64,000 nucleotides of DNA from an uncultured Gemmatimonadales bacterium (GTDB taxonomy: Bacteria > Gemmatimonadota > Gemmatimonadetes > Gemmatimonadales > GWC2-71-9). The position numbers were made by a program, and so were the translations under genes. Below are positions 10,624-21,535 of this stretch, piece after piece. Under the pieces are notes generated by a model, which worked only from the letters and a program-made list of their open reading frames with translations, ran no database searches and had not been told where the DNA came from. How positions within the stretch are numbered: position 1 is the first letter of the stretch; every line of letters starts with the position of its first letter. The stretch lies in the NCBI GenBank assembly GCA_963722825.1, contig CAVROI010000001.1, positions 1,381,370 to 1,445,369 of the forward strand. The letters run 5' to 3'.

Positions 10624-10785
10624 TCAGGAGCTCTTTCTCGGCCGCCGTTTCCTCTTCGCGGCCTTGGCGCCTTCCTCACCGAGAGCAGTCCGGGTCTTCT
10701 TCGGGAGCTTGGCAACCGTCTTCTTCCGCTTGGCGGCCTTCTTGATATTCTTGCGAGCTGCGACCTTCTGCTTTGCGCTAGCCAT
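10624..10785 (-). CDS. Small basic Lys/Ala-rich protein (53 aa)
   Basis: Manual translation MASAKQKVAARKNIKKAAK...; AAGGAG RBS. Confidence 0.7.
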   Translation of the reverse strand: MASAKQKVAARKNIKKAAKRKKTVAKLPKKTRTALGEEGAKAAKRKRRPRKSS

Positions 10786-10857
10786 TGTCACTCCTTGAGT
10801 TCGGTCTTCGGCCGCTTGAAGGACCGGAATCGCATCACCGGGGATGAGGGCCGCATT

Positions 10858-11334
10858 TTACAGAGGCTTTACATACCGGATCGTTTCCTGGGCATAGCCG
10901 AGGCGCTCATACACGCCGCGGGCCCGGGCGTTCCCGGCAAAGACGTTGAGCGTCAACAGCCCGAACCCCTGCTCGCGGGTCCAGGTCTCTGCGGCTTCCA
11001 GAAGCACCCGGCCCACCCCTTGTCCCTCCGCCTCCACCGCAACCGCAAGCACCGACACATGGGCATGGAAAGTCTGCCGGAAATAATCGACGTGCTGCTC
11101 GAGGTAGACGAAGCCACCGGGGTCCCCAGCCAACGTCTCGGCGATCAGAAGCCGGTCAGTGGCAACCTCGTTATCCAGCGCCGCCTCTAACGTCCCGGTC
11201 TCGGCGCGCACGACCTCCTCTGGCGTCCGCCACGACGGGAGAGGAAAGCCATCTGCCAAGCGCGGGACCAGTCGAAGGATGAATGCCCGGTCGGTCGGCC
11301 GGGCGGCCCGGACACGCCACGTCGTCGCAGGCAT
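10858..11334 (-). CDS. GNAT acetyltransferase
   Basis: EGQGVGRVLL...NARARGVYERLGY. Confidence 0.9.
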   Translation of the reverse strand: MPATTWRVRAARPTDRAFILRLVPRLADGFPLPSWRTPEEVVRAETGTLEAALDNEVATDRLLIAETLAGDPGGFVYLEQHVDYFRQTFHAHVSVLAVAVEAEGQGVGRVLLEAAETWTREQGFGLLTLNVFAGNARARGVYERLGYAQETIRYVKPL

Positions 11335-11627
11335 GTCGACTCAGGGAACTCCTCTGATCAAGTGCCAGACCTCGGCCGCGGCGGCAATTCCGAAGCCGAT
11401 CGGCAGGGCGATCACTAGGCTGGACCAATGTCCATGTTCGCCAAACGCTCTCCCGCCGACCCGACGACCGGGGAGCGTAGCCCACCAGCCGCCGAGAGCG
11501 AGCGCCACATCCAGGCCAAGTCGGACTTCTCCGCCGACGTGGCGTAGCGGCCAGGTGGCCAGCCAGACCGCGCAGACCACAACTGCACGGATCAGAGATG
11601 CTCGGTGGACACGTCCCTGCTCATCGG

Positions 11628-12305
11628 TTACCGCGGTACCTGGCGACTCACCTTGCATGTCTGCCTCGTGCGAAGGGACAGGGTGGGCTGGCGAGGGGCG
11701 CTCTCGTGGGCGGCGCCATTCAGATTGTAGTCATCACCACCGGGATCCATGACCCGCCCGACATCGGTCAGCCCAGTGCCGAGGAGCGTCTCGAACATGG
11801 CGCGTTCCTCCGGTCGCTGTCCGACAGCCATGGGCTTCCGCTCCCTCGGGTGGACGTCCATCTCGGTGCGCGCGATGTTCACGTCGCCACAGAGCGGCAG
11901 CTCGCGACCGTTGGCCCGGAGGTCTCGCGCCCAGTCCACGAGCCGCGTGAGGAAATGGATTTTGGCGGGATAATCCTTGCCTCCATTGGGAACGTACATC
12001 GAGGCGATCGTGAGATCGCCGAGCTCCACCGTCACGACGCGGGATTCGAGGTCGAACGGGGGATGGCTGTAGACCGGCTCGGTGGGGAATACCTCCTTGC
12101 GAAGCTGCAGCGACACTCCCGAATACCCCTTGCAGCAGTGCCAGAATGCGTGATAGTCCCGCCGCTGTACGACTTCCGGAACCTGCGTCAGCTCCGCTTT
12201 CAGCTCCTGCAGACACACCACGTCCGGCCGCTCGCGTTCCAGCCATTCCTCGACCTGCGACGCGCGAGCTCGGATACCGTTCACATTCCAGGTGGCGACC
12301 TTCAT
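11628..12305 (-). pseudogene. xth: Exodeoxyribonuclease III, C-terminally truncated
   Basis: ATWNVNGIR, LQELK, YVPNG and GD.NIA present; C-terminal RLDY/SDH motifs absent. Confidence 0.75.
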
Positions 12306-12388
12306 CCCGTGCTAAGGTACGTACAAGCGGGAGACCGGACTAGATATGAGAGCGCTGGTCCGCACAAACCGCCGCCGAACCTCCCGAG

Positions 12389-13288
12389 CTAGTCTCGGCC
12401 CCACAGCCAGGCCGCGCCTCGTACGCCGCTCGAATCGCCGTGGGCGTTCAGCAGGATCTTCGTTCTGACGGAATCGGAGAAGGCATACGTGGGCAACGTG
12501 TCGGCGGCGATGGAGGGCAAACCAGGCAGGTTGGACATGCCTCCACCCAGAATCACCGCATCTGGATCGAGCACGTTGATGACCGCGGCGAGTGCACGAG
12601 CAAGACGATCGCTATATCGCTCGAGCGCCTGGACGCTACGCGGGTCACCGGCGCTCGCGGCACGGACGATGTCCTGGCTCGAGCGCCGCGCACCACTAAG
12701 GACAGCATAGTCGCGCTCGAAACCGGGGCCGGAAAGGAATGTCTCGACGCATCCATGTTTGCCGCAGTAACACGTCGGCGCGGTGGCTCGCTCCTCCTCC
12801 GTCATCCACGGCAGCGGGTTGTGTCCCCATTCGCCGGCGACCTGGTTCGGTCCCTCGTGGATACGCTCCCCGATCGAAATGCCTCCACCGACACCGGTGC
12901 CGAGAATGACGCCGAAGACCGTCTCGAAACCCTGCCCTGCTCCATCAATGGACTCGGACAACGTGAAGCAGTTGGCGTCGTTGGCGACCCGCACCGGCTG
13001 GCCGAGCCGCGCCTCCAGATCGGAGAGAAGCGGCCGGCCGTTGAGCCATGTGGAGTTGGCGTTCTTGACCAATCCGGTGGCTCGGCTGACAGTCCCAGGT
13101 ATTCCGACACCAACGGACCCGGTGCAACCTGCCTCGGCCTCGATCTCGTGCACAAGGCGCGCAATGGAGTCCAGTGTTCCCATGTAGTCGGGACGGGTGG
13201 CGACACGCCGTCGGGCCGCGACGAGCCTGTCACCCTCCAGGCCGATGGCCTCGATCTTCGTGCCCCCGAGATCAATCCCGATCTGCAT
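12389..13288 (-). CDS. ROK family sugar kinase (fructokinase-like)
   Basis: GIDLGGTK, NDANC, GEWGH, CYCG..GC. Confidence 0.9.
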   Translation of the reverse strand: MQIGIDLGGTKIEAIGLEGDRLVAARRRVATRPDYMGTLDSIARLVHEIEAEAGCTGSVGVGIPGTVSRATGLVKNANSTWLNGRPLLSDLEARLGQPVRVANDANCFTLSESIDGAGQGFETVFGVILGTGVGGGISIGERIHEGPNQVAGEWGHNPLPWMTEEERATAPTCYCGKHGCVETFLSGPGFERDYAVLSGARRSSQDIVRAASAGDPRSVQALERYSDRLARALAAVINVLDPDAVILGGGMSNLPGLPSIAADTLPTYAFSDSVRTKILLNAHGDSSGVRGAAWLWGRD

Positions 13289-13335
13289 CAGCCCTCACGG
13301 CGGCAACGAGACATCGATGAGACCCAGACGCTGCT

Positions 13336-14829
13336 CTAGTCGTTCCTTCCGGGAGTCAGGCCTAGAGCCATGAGCCACGCCCGACGCAGGCGCTCCAACG
13401 GCTCGCCGGCGGCCGCCTCCAGGGCATCGCGCCACGCCCCGGTGGGAATGCGAGGGAAGAGCGCGACCACGGCCGGGAGCCCGAGCCGCGCCACCACGTG
13501 CTTGGTGAAGGACTGGCTGCAGGCGTAATACGCCGGGGCCACCTCGGCGCGGTCGGAAGTGAATAGCGCCTCCAGCCGACCTGGACGACCGACCCTGGCG
13601 CGGATCTCGGCCTGTCTGCTACTGGTGGCGAGCCGGGCGACACAGACGCTGTCGACCTTGGCCAGTCCTCCGATGGCGAATACATCGCCCTCGGGGAAGC
13701 CGGTCGCCGTCGCCGTCGTCTGGGCGAGATAGTCGGGCAGGCCCTCGCTCAGCCAGAAGGGAAACCCGGCCGCGGCCCGCTCTTCGGCGAGAGAATCCGG
13801 ATACTCGAAGGGATAGAATGGCGGAGGAGGAACCAGGAGCTCATGGGCCGCTTCGTGGAGAAACGGCGCGTCCCGTTGCCGGACGCGATTGAGGGAGATG
13901 AAGACCCCTCCGCGCCCGTCGGCGTGAGATACGAAACGATCCGGACTGAAGTAGAAGCGGATGGGACGTGACCCGATGCGCTGCCACCTGTATGGGCCTC
14001 CGATCAGTGACTTGAGGCCCCGGACTCCACCCGCGAGGGAATCCGTGAAGCGCGCGAGCCATACGGGATCAAGCGAGTCGACGGGCGCCAACACGATGAC
14101 CGGCAGGCTGGCATACTCTCGACCGTGAGCCATGAGAAAGGCGATCCGCGACGAGTCCTCCTGCGACCAGTCGATCGGGGTCGGAGCGGAAACTGGGGCC
14201 GTCTGCCCCCGTGCCCACATGATCGCAGGGGTGAGCCATGCCGATCGGGGCTGGAAGAAAGTACCATGACCGAGGCCCAGGCTCAGCGGGATCTCCCGGA
14301 CTTGAGATCCCGCGCCCTTGCGCGCGAACAGTGGAGCACAGGAAATGCCCAGCGAGTCACTGGTCTCATACAGCGATAAGAGGCGTCCAGTCACGCGAAT
14401 GTCGGGGCGCTCAAAGGCCCAGGAGCCGCACGCTCCCATGAACACGAAAGAGATCGCCCGGTTCTGCAGGCGGGAGGATGCGAGGATCGCGATGGCTCCG
14501 CCCTTGGAGAAGCCGATGACGGTGATGGTTCGTGCGGGTACGCCGAGCCGCAGAAGGCTGTCGACCTGCTGAACGACGTGGGTCGCGAATGAGTCAGCAC
14601 CGATTCCTGGGGAGCGCTGGTCACTCAACACGGTAAAGCCGGCACGCCGCAGGCTGTCGAGGATCGCGTCGTACTCGTACGTGCCAAAGGTGGAACTTGT
14701 TGGCCGGCGGCCCCCTTCCTCGACGATGCGGCCATGGAGATAGATGACGTACCGTCGAGGGGCCTGGCATTGCCCTGACGCCAGTGGGATTGTCAGGGCG
14801 AAGAGAAGGGGCAACAGGAACCGTGGCAT
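13336..14829 (-). CDS. Secreted two-domain protein: alpha/beta hydrolase plus HExxH peptidase-like domain
   Basis: Signal peptide, YLHG and GFSKG; HEAAHE and WLSEG in the C-terminal half. Confidence 0.65.
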   Translation of the reverse strand: MPRFLLPLLFALTIPLASGQCQAPRRYVIYLHGRIVEEGGRRPTSSTFGTYEYDAILDSLRRAGFTVLSDQRSPGIGADSFATHVVQQVDSLLRLGVPARTITVIGFSKGGAIAILASSRLQNRAISFVFMGACGSWAFERPDIRVTGRLLSLYETSDSLGISCAPLFARKGAGSQVREIPLSLGLGHGTFFQPRSAWLTPAIMWARGQTAPVSAPTPIDWSQEDSSRIAFLMAHGREYASLPVIVLAPVDSLDPVWLARFTDSLAGGVRGLKSLIGGPYRWQRIGSRPIRFYFSPDRFVSHADGRGGVFISLNRVRQRDAPFLHEAAHELLVPPPPFYPFEYPDSLAEERAAAGFPFWLSEGLPDYLAQTTATATGFPEGDVFAIGGLAKVDSVCVARLATSSRQAEIRARVGRPGRLEALFTSDRAEVAPAYYACSQSFTKHVVARLGLPAVVALFPRIPTGAWRDALEAAAGEPLERLRRAWLMALGLTPGRND

Positions 14830-15548
14830 CAAGCGCTCTGGGTCCCGGTCCCTCTTGCGCTTACCGGCCGGAATCGCAGAAGCCCGCATCCAAAGACGAT
14901 CATCCATAGAGGCAGGAGATAGTTGTTCATGGAAGCGATCGGGGCAACCATATCCGTGACGTTGCGGAACATGCCGACCAGCCCTGCTACGGCCGTGCCG
15001 ACGCCGAGATATCCCATCCAGCGGGGAAAGCCGGCGTCCTGCTCGAGCATGGCCAGCGCCGAGAGCAGGAAGAACAGGCTGACGCTGAACTCTCCGAGGA
15101 ACTCGCCGATGTAGTTGCCGAGATAGCTGTTGAGGCCGGTGAATACGGCGCCGAGCCCCGTCCGCTCGGACCCACCGGCACGGGCATAGGCCTCCGCCAG
15201 GCTCCAATGAATGCTAGGCCAGCGCAGGAGACCGAGCATCATGCTGAGGGAGGCGATCAGGGCGAAGAGCATGCCGGTGCGTACGCCCCCTTCGCGCACC
15301 GTCCGGAGGGCGTGGAATGCCGCGACGCCCGCTGGGATCCAGACGATCGGTAAGAAGCCGTAGACGGCCCATACCGCACGGCCGGTGGCACCTGTGGCGA
15401 GCAGTTTCGGCAGCACTTCCGCCGCACTACCGTCGAGGACGGCCGGGTAGTCAAACCGTGCGGCGAGAAACGCAAAGACGCCAAGAAAGGCCGCCGCGCC
15501 GGCGATCAGGGCGACACCGCCGGTACGAATGGTTGTGCGTTCACGCAT
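14829..15548 (-). CDS. DUF4386-like membrane protein
   Basis: FDYPAVL, GLLRW, GEFLGE; multiple TM helices. Confidence 0.7.
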   Translation of the reverse strand: MRERTTIRTGGVALIAGAAAFLGVFAFLAARFDYPAVLDGSAAEVLPKLLATGATGRAVWAVYGFLPIVWIPAGVAAFHALRTVREGGVRTGMLFALIASLSMMLGLLRWPSIHWSLAEAYARAGGSERTGLGAVFTGLNSYLGNYIGEFLGEFSVSLFFLLSALAMLEQDAGFPRWMGYLGVGTAVAGLVGMFRNVTDMVAPIASMNNYLLPLWMIVFGCGLLRFRPVSARGTGTQSA

Positions 15549-15616
15549 GGGCCGCCTCCGAGAATGCCATTGACCCCGAATCCACCATCAGTCCCGTTCC
15601 AAGAAAAGTCTGAACG

Positions 15617-16185
15617 TCACCGCCGCTTCGACTGGGTCGCCGGGGGAGTCGTGCTGTTCCATAATTCGCGGCTGAAAAGCCACCGTCCATCCGAGGCACG
15701 GCGCCACACCTGCACGTAGCTGCCCCGATCGATGATGGCTGGGCCGCCGGCGACCGGCGCCAGAGTCCATTCAAAGCCAGCGAGTTCCGTCGCCCATTCG
15801 CCTCCCAATGAGCACCTCGCGATCGGTGATCGTCAGGCTGGAGGTGCGCAGCTGGGTCAGCAATTGGTCATACCACGCGCGCACGGCCGCTTTGCCCTTG
15901 AAGGACGGCTTCGTTCGGCGGCATCAGCACAACGTCGTTCGCCATCAGGACCATGAGAGAGTCCGAGTCGTTGGTCCGCAGCGCCGTCAAGAGTCTGTCG
16001 GACGCACTGTCGACTCCGGCCTGGAGGGTGGCGCGATCCGAAGCTTCGGGCCCTGGAGTCCGACCGGAACAGGCGATCGCGGTGAGAAGCGCCAGGAGAT
16101 AAGCGGAGGCGATGGCCGTCGACAATGAAGACCTCGAGGCGAGCCAGCGCCTCACGGCTTGTTCACGATCGATGTTCCCCAGCAC
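15617..16185 (-). pseudogene. NTF2/DUF4440 family protein, frameshifted
   Basis: DVVLMPPN half and DRGSYVQVWRR..DGRW half in different frames. Confidence 0.7.
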
Positions 16186-17085
16186 ACAGAGACCTTCGCG
16201 CCCGGCTCAGTGGGGGAGCAGATTGACGGCCCAGCCGGCGAAGCCGAGCCACGCGTGGGTCCCGGACAGCATGAACCGGAGGGGCTGAGAGAAGATCAGC
16301 GCCAATCCGCCCCACAACGTGACCGGGTGCACCCGGCGCCGGGAGGCGAGGTCCCAGACGACCATCGGCACCAGGAAGAGGTCCACGGACAGCTTGACCA
16401 TGCTGAAACCCGGCACTGGCAACGCGGTCGCCATGCGCCGGGAGACGGCCCCCGCGGAGATGTTGCCGGCCTGGGCGGTCACCTACGGACACCCGGCACC
16501 GTCGTGTACCACTGCCGCACGCCGGGCCTGGATTGTTTCAGCACGGGTCCTCCGCTCGCGGAGCTCGCTGGCCGTCGTACGTTCGTGGGGATGACGTGCG
16601 GAGACTCACCTGCCTAATCTGCCTGGTGCCCTCGCCGGCGGAAGGGGACGGGAGCTAGCCACCTTGGGCTCCGCACCGAACTGGTGACGCCACTCGCGAC
16701 TCCCGTCACGCCGCCGAGGCATCCAGACAACAGTTTTGATCTCCTGGCGTCCACCTGACGAGATGCGCACCGCTGTTTGGTTCTGCCTGCGCCCGCACCA
16801 AACATGTGTCCCGGTTTCGCTCTAGAGGGACAGGCCGGCGCCAGTGCCCGCCGTTCGCACCGCATCCAGCCGGGGCTGGGCCACCTGTTCAGCATCGGAT
16901 CTCGCCGGCTCAGCGGCCCTGACCCGGTCGCTCTTGTTGGCTGCGTGGCGGTCCAGGCCGCGCCCCGGGGGCACATAGCCTTGGTGGGGTAGCGGTCGTT
17001 CGCTCCGTATTCCTCACCGGCGGACTTGCACCTGCTGTCGTGGCAGCCAGGGACCGGGAGCGAGTTGGCTGTCCGACGCCGTGAG

Positions 17086-17334
17086 CTACCGGCCAAGCTC
17101 GCGCCCCCGAGCTTCTACCGCATCCTTTGCAGCCTTGAGCTCCCCCCCGTGCAACGCTCGATACTCCTTGATCGCTTCAATCTTCTGTCCAGCCCGAAGG
17201 AACTCGTCGATCCGCTCCGCTGACGGTGGGGCGGATCCCGAGCGGGCCGGCCTGGAGCCGGGGCGCTCGCCACGGCGACTGACAATGGCAAGAAGCACGA
17301 CGATGGCGATCGCTGCGACCAAGTACCAACTCAT
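17086..17334 (-). CDS. Membrane-anchored protein with L7/L12 C-terminal-like domain
   Basis: TM helix plus KIEAIKEYR...LKAAKDAVE. Confidence 0.7.
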   Translation of the reverse strand: MSWYLVAAIAIVVLLAIVSRRGERPGSRPARSGSAPPSAERIDEFLRAGQKIEAIKEYRALHGGELKAAKDAVEARGRELGR

Positions 17335-17339
17335 ACGGT

Positions 17340-17726
17340 GCTCCGGTAAAGAGTGTCCGTGGGGCATTCATGTCGAGTGTACGTCGAAGCCCTCGGGACC
17401 CTACCACCCGCTTCATAGCCGAGCGTGAGTAGCCGGAGCATGCCCTGACTACTCCGCTGCAGGACCGGCACCAGTTCGCGACGCCCGACCCGCCGTCGGT
17501 CGACCCTGCGAGGCACCGGGACCCCCAGCTCCTGGCCCAAGGTCTTGATCCACATGCACCGGGCATTGTGCATATGGCCCGCGATCATGCGAATCGTACG
17601 GTTGGGCGCCCCCAGGCACAGCAGACGCCCACAGCTTCGGCGGGAGGTGCTCGACAAGGCAGACCGTGACCCGATTGCTGGTCCGCCAGGTGTTGAGGAT
17701 CGTATCCCGAAGGTCAGGAATCACAT
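17340..17726 (-). pseudogene. DinB-like remnant
   Basis: TWRTSNRVT and RTIRMIAGHMHNARCMW split by a frameshift; truncated. Confidence 0.55.
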
Positions 17727-17792
17727 GGCCCGACCTTTCGCTAAAGGGGTGGCTGAGCCCTGTGCGATTCAACCGCAAGCATCGGCGCGGCC

Positions 17793-18437
17793 TCATGCAG
17801 GGGGCCGCCGGAAGATCCACCGCACGGCGTCCACGAAGGTCTGCAGCCGGCTCGGTGGCGGAGGCAGAGGGGGAGCGAGCAGGTCCGCGAGTTCCGCCTG
17901 CATCAACGCCCAAAAGGAGGGGAACCGTCGGACGCCAGGCACCCAATGCGCAAAGAAGAACGCCTCCCACTCGCCGTCCGCGCTCGCGAGCCGTGGATTG
18001 AGCAGGTACATCGCCGTCCCGACGGTCTCCCGAGCGCTAACCCGTAGCGCGGTCGCAAGATATTGTTCAAAACCATCGGGTTCGACCTCACCACCCGTGC
18101 TCCATGCCATCTCTGTCCAAACGTTGATGGTGTCTGGGTCGACGTCTCGCAGCCAAGCCACTTCCTCGGCCGGAAGAAGCCGAGGCACGATGATGCCTGG
18201 TTGCAGAAAACCGTTGGAGATGCGGAGAAAGGAGCGATACGACGGCGGGAGGGTCGTGCCCAGCCGCGCCTCGAGTTCAGCGAGTTGCCCGTCGCTCACG
18301 CCCGGAAACCCCAGCCAGCCGGACGCGAGAACTGCCGGTGTGACCTGGGGATCAATGAAGGCGTTGTGCTCCGCCGGATCGAACCGCGCGAGAAGCTCGC
18401 GATTCCATGTCTCAAGCCATGGTTGCCACTCGTGCAT
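17793..18437 (-). CDS. SMI1/KNR4 family protein
   Basis: LEARLGTTLPPSYRSFLRISNG...GEWEA. Confidence 0.85.
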   Translation of the reverse strand: MHEWQPWLETWNRELLARFDPAEHNAFIDPQVTPAVLASGWLGFPGVSDGQLAELEARLGTTLPPSYRSFLRISNGFLQPGIIVPRLLPAEEVAWLRDVDPDTINVWTEMAWSTGGEVEPDGFEQYLATALRVSARETVGTAMYLLNPRLASADGEWEAFFFAHWVPGVRRFPSFWALMQAELADLLAPPLPPPPSRLQTFVDAVRWIFRRPPA

Positions 18438-18614
18438 GATCACCTCAGACTCGTTCCTGACCACGGCGTCTCAAGCGAGCTTCCAGAGCGCCGCCGCATC
18501 CCGCCAGCCGGTAGCCATGACTACGCGGGTCGAGCGCGGTTCCACCCGGCCGACTGCTATCGGCATCCTGTCGGGAATGGAGGCCAGGTTATCGAGCGCA
18601 TGGGCAGCATACGG

Positions 18615-19128
18615 CTATGAGGCATCAACCCGCAGCACGTAGCTCACACCAAGCGCGCATACATACAGCCCAACTCCGAATACGATATGTGTCACCAGGC
18701 TCTTCAGCCTGGCCTGCGTTGGATTGGGTGTTCTTGATGCGGCAATGCCGAGGCCGAGCGACGGCTGCAGGATGAAGAATGGGAACACTACGGTGCCAAT
18801 GCCGTAGAGCAGCGCAGGCAGCACGGTTGGTCGCACTAGCCAGTCACCTGATGTGAGCACGACGAACGCAAGCGCGAACACGACACCAATGGTGTAGTGG
18901 GCAATCCAGCCGATCGTGCACTCGAAGGATTTCTGCGGCGCCGCGGTGATATTCGCATACATGAGACTGCCCCCCGGCATGTGGCGAAACCAGCGTCCCA
19001 GCAAGCAGTAACTGAGCGATGGGACGCTGAACGTGCGCTTCAGAAACAGATTCCACAGGTCCATCATCAGAGTTGCGCCAACACCAATGGCAATTGCGCC
19101 AAGAATGTCGTTTGCGTCAATACTCATG
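18615..19128 (-). CDS. DUF2938 family membrane protein
   Basis: GATLMMDLW, GRW, GW.AHY..G, QPSLGLG. Confidence 0.85.
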
Positions 19129-19187
19129 ATCCGCCTCAATAGGGCGCGGCTATCTTGGGCAACGCGCTCGCCGCCTGGAGGCAGGGC

Positions 19188-19718
19188 CTATGCAGCGCCG
19201 GGAGCCGCGTAAGTGAGCAGGCCTTCCGCGATCCGCGCCGCCGACGTGTAGGGATGAAGGACGGACGCGCCGAGCCCCAGGATGTGGTAGACGTCGAAGC
19301 CCGCCCAGCGTAGCCCGTCCGCGATTAGCGCACGGTGACACCGCCACCAGAGGGCCTCCGCGCACATGATGGCGGTCCGAAGGCCACAACCCAGGTCTGC
19401 GAGTCGCGCCAAGCCCTCAGCAAAAGGTTCGGTTGCCATGTAATCCGCGTAGCCCCGGAAGGCCGCGCTGCGCCATGCCGTGTTGGCTGAGTCGGCACGG
19501 GGTGGACGCCGCCCGCCGAGTTCCGGAAACCAGTCGTAGCCGAGCCCACGACTCGCGAGGCTTTCGGCGAGGGCTTCGCGCGCGAAGTGTGGCCATCGGC
19601 GGCTGCCGGGATATCGGCGCACATCGGCAACCACCTCGATGTCGTGAGCTGCCAGCAATCCCAGAAACTGGTCCAACGACTGGGTGGAGTGGCCGACAGT
19701 CCAGAGGCGCGGTACCAT
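19188..19718 (-). CDS. DUF488 family protein
   Basis: TVGHST, DVRRYPGS, MCAE...CHR. Confidence 0.9.
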   Translation of the reverse strand: MVPRLWTVGHSTQSLDQFLGLLAAHDIEVVADVRRYPGSRRWPHFAREALAESLASRGLGYDWFPELGGRRPPRADSANTAWRSAAFRGYADYMATEPFAEGLARLADLGCGLRTAIMCAEALWWRCHRALIADGLRWAGFDVYHILGLGASVLHPYTSAARIAEGLLTYAAPGAA

Positions 19719-20000
19719 CCTTTCAATGTACGACGGTCGCCGGGGTGCGTCGCGCTGACGACCGGCACATCAGCTGCGCTTTAATCCATCTCGCCAGGCA
19801 ATCACCTCGAGTTCACCGCGGACGGCTTCCTCGACCGTGATCACAGGTCGCGCCTCGAATACAATAGCCCCTAAGGGTAGATAGGTGTCGAGTAACATGC
19901 CCATCACGTTCCCTCTTCCGAGCCATCGGCTGCCTGAATGCAACCCTGCCGGTACCAGCGGTGTCTCATCGCTTACCCACCCTGCCGCCAGGAGATACCA

Positions 20001-20489
20001 ATGCGTTCTTCGGTGATCGCCTTAGTCGTCGCCGCCGCCGCCGGACTCTTCCCCCTGACTACCCACGCCCAGGTTACCGATCCCCAGGCAGCCTTCTGGG
20101 ACGGCGCGATGCAAGGTGACACCGCCGGCATGGCCGTGGCCATCCAGCAGGGGGCGCTCATCGATTCGCTGGACACCCGCCGCAATCCCAATGGGCGGCG
20201 AGCGCTCAACTGGGCGGCCTGGTACAACCGAGTCCCGGCCATTCAGTTCTTGCTTGCTCGTGGGGCTGCTCTTGAAGCGCGCAATCGCACGGGTTTCACC
20301 GCGCTCCACCATGCCGCCGAGGCTGGTTCGCTGGAGGCCGTCCAAGCGCTTCTGACCGCGGGAGCGGATCCCGAGGCTGCAAACAACGTCGGGCGCCGAC
20401 CGGCGGAGACGGCCCGGGATAAGGGCCATGAGCAGGTCGCCGAGCTCCTCGGCACCAAGACTCGACCTCCACGTCCCAACGAACGGTGA
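20001..20489 (+). CDS. Secreted ankyrin-repeat protein
   Basis: Signal peptide; GRRALNWAA and GFTALHHAA repeats. Confidence 0.85.
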   Translation: MRSSVIALVVAAAAGLFPLTTHAQVTDPQAAFWDGAMQGDTAGMAVAIQQGALIDSLDTRRNPNGRRALNWAAWYNRVPAIQFLLARGAALEARNRTGFTALHHAAEAGSLEAVQALLTAGADPEAANNVGRRPAETARDKGHEQVAELLGTKTRPPRPNER

Positions 20490-21037
20490 CGGTCGGGCTG
20501 GCCGCCTGCCGACCGGCTGATCACCCGCAACAACGCACCACTCGCGTCATCCACTCCGATCACGGTCACGAGCGGAAATGGCGAATTCGTCCGTCACACC
20601 GGCGGGGTGGTGGGAGCGGCAGGTCTGCGGTAGCATGCTGGACGAGAAAGGCGCCACGCTCCAGCCACGCAAACTCCGCTCGACCACGCATGACGGCTTG
20701 CCCGACGAGTGTGATCTCGAACGTCCAGGCGCCAATCAGCCCTTCCAAATGGTCAATCCCGAAAGATTCGTATGTGTGGGCATTGGCAGACTCCAGGTGA
20801 ACATCCGAGGCGCACGGTCTCGCCATCCTCCTACATGCGCGCGAGCAACTTGCCGCGGGCCCGGAAGCCGCGCGCGCCGTAGGATAGGCCCTCCTCAAGA
20901 CCAGGAAAGGCGAGCGCCAGGCGTTGCAGGGCGGCCAGTGTCACTCGGGCTTGTCCCGGCATCTGCTCGGTAGGTCTCGATGGCCTCGCGTGCTGTCTGA
21001 CGTGGCCGGTCCCACAACGAAGGGTAACTTGACTCGC

Positions 21038-21356
21038 TCACTTGCCGGGGGGACGATAGCTCACGGACTTCTTCGCGGCCTGATCCATCTCTTCCGGACT
21101 CATCAGGACGTGAGTCCTGAGATGTACCGCCCCACTCTGGTTGACGGCCAGACTGAGAGCCGCTGCGGTCACGGCGTCCGGCACATCGACGATCAAGAAC
21201 ACATCGGTCGTCCCGAACGCGTAATAGAAGGCCTCGAGCGTCCCGTTCATTCCCTTGACCATTTCCGTCACCATCTTCCGTCGGCTGGAGACCTTCCTTG
21301 GCCAGCCCCTTGGTGCCCTCGGCGGTATAGGACGCTTCCAGCAGGTACTTCGGCAT
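21038..21356 (-). pseudogene. GYD domain protein, frameshifted
   Basis: MPKYLLEASYTAEG in one frame; LEAFYYAFG...SYRPPG in another. Confidence 0.75.
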
Positions 21357-21535
21357 CTGCCCCTCCTGTGAGATTGTTCAGACACTAAGCGTTGCAGGCT
21401 GGGTTCGAAAGCCAAATGGGCCGTCGGAGCAGTGGTGCCGCGACGTGGTCGCTCCGCTTCAGTGTCTTCCATGGCTCCCAACGTCGCCGAGACAGCCCTC
21501 CGCTCGTCGCCACGCACGCCGTGGCAACGGTCTCA

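Noticed and set aside
17086..17334. Ribosomal protein rplL
   Set aside because: Only a short C-terminal-like motif behind a TM helix; not in a ribosomal operon
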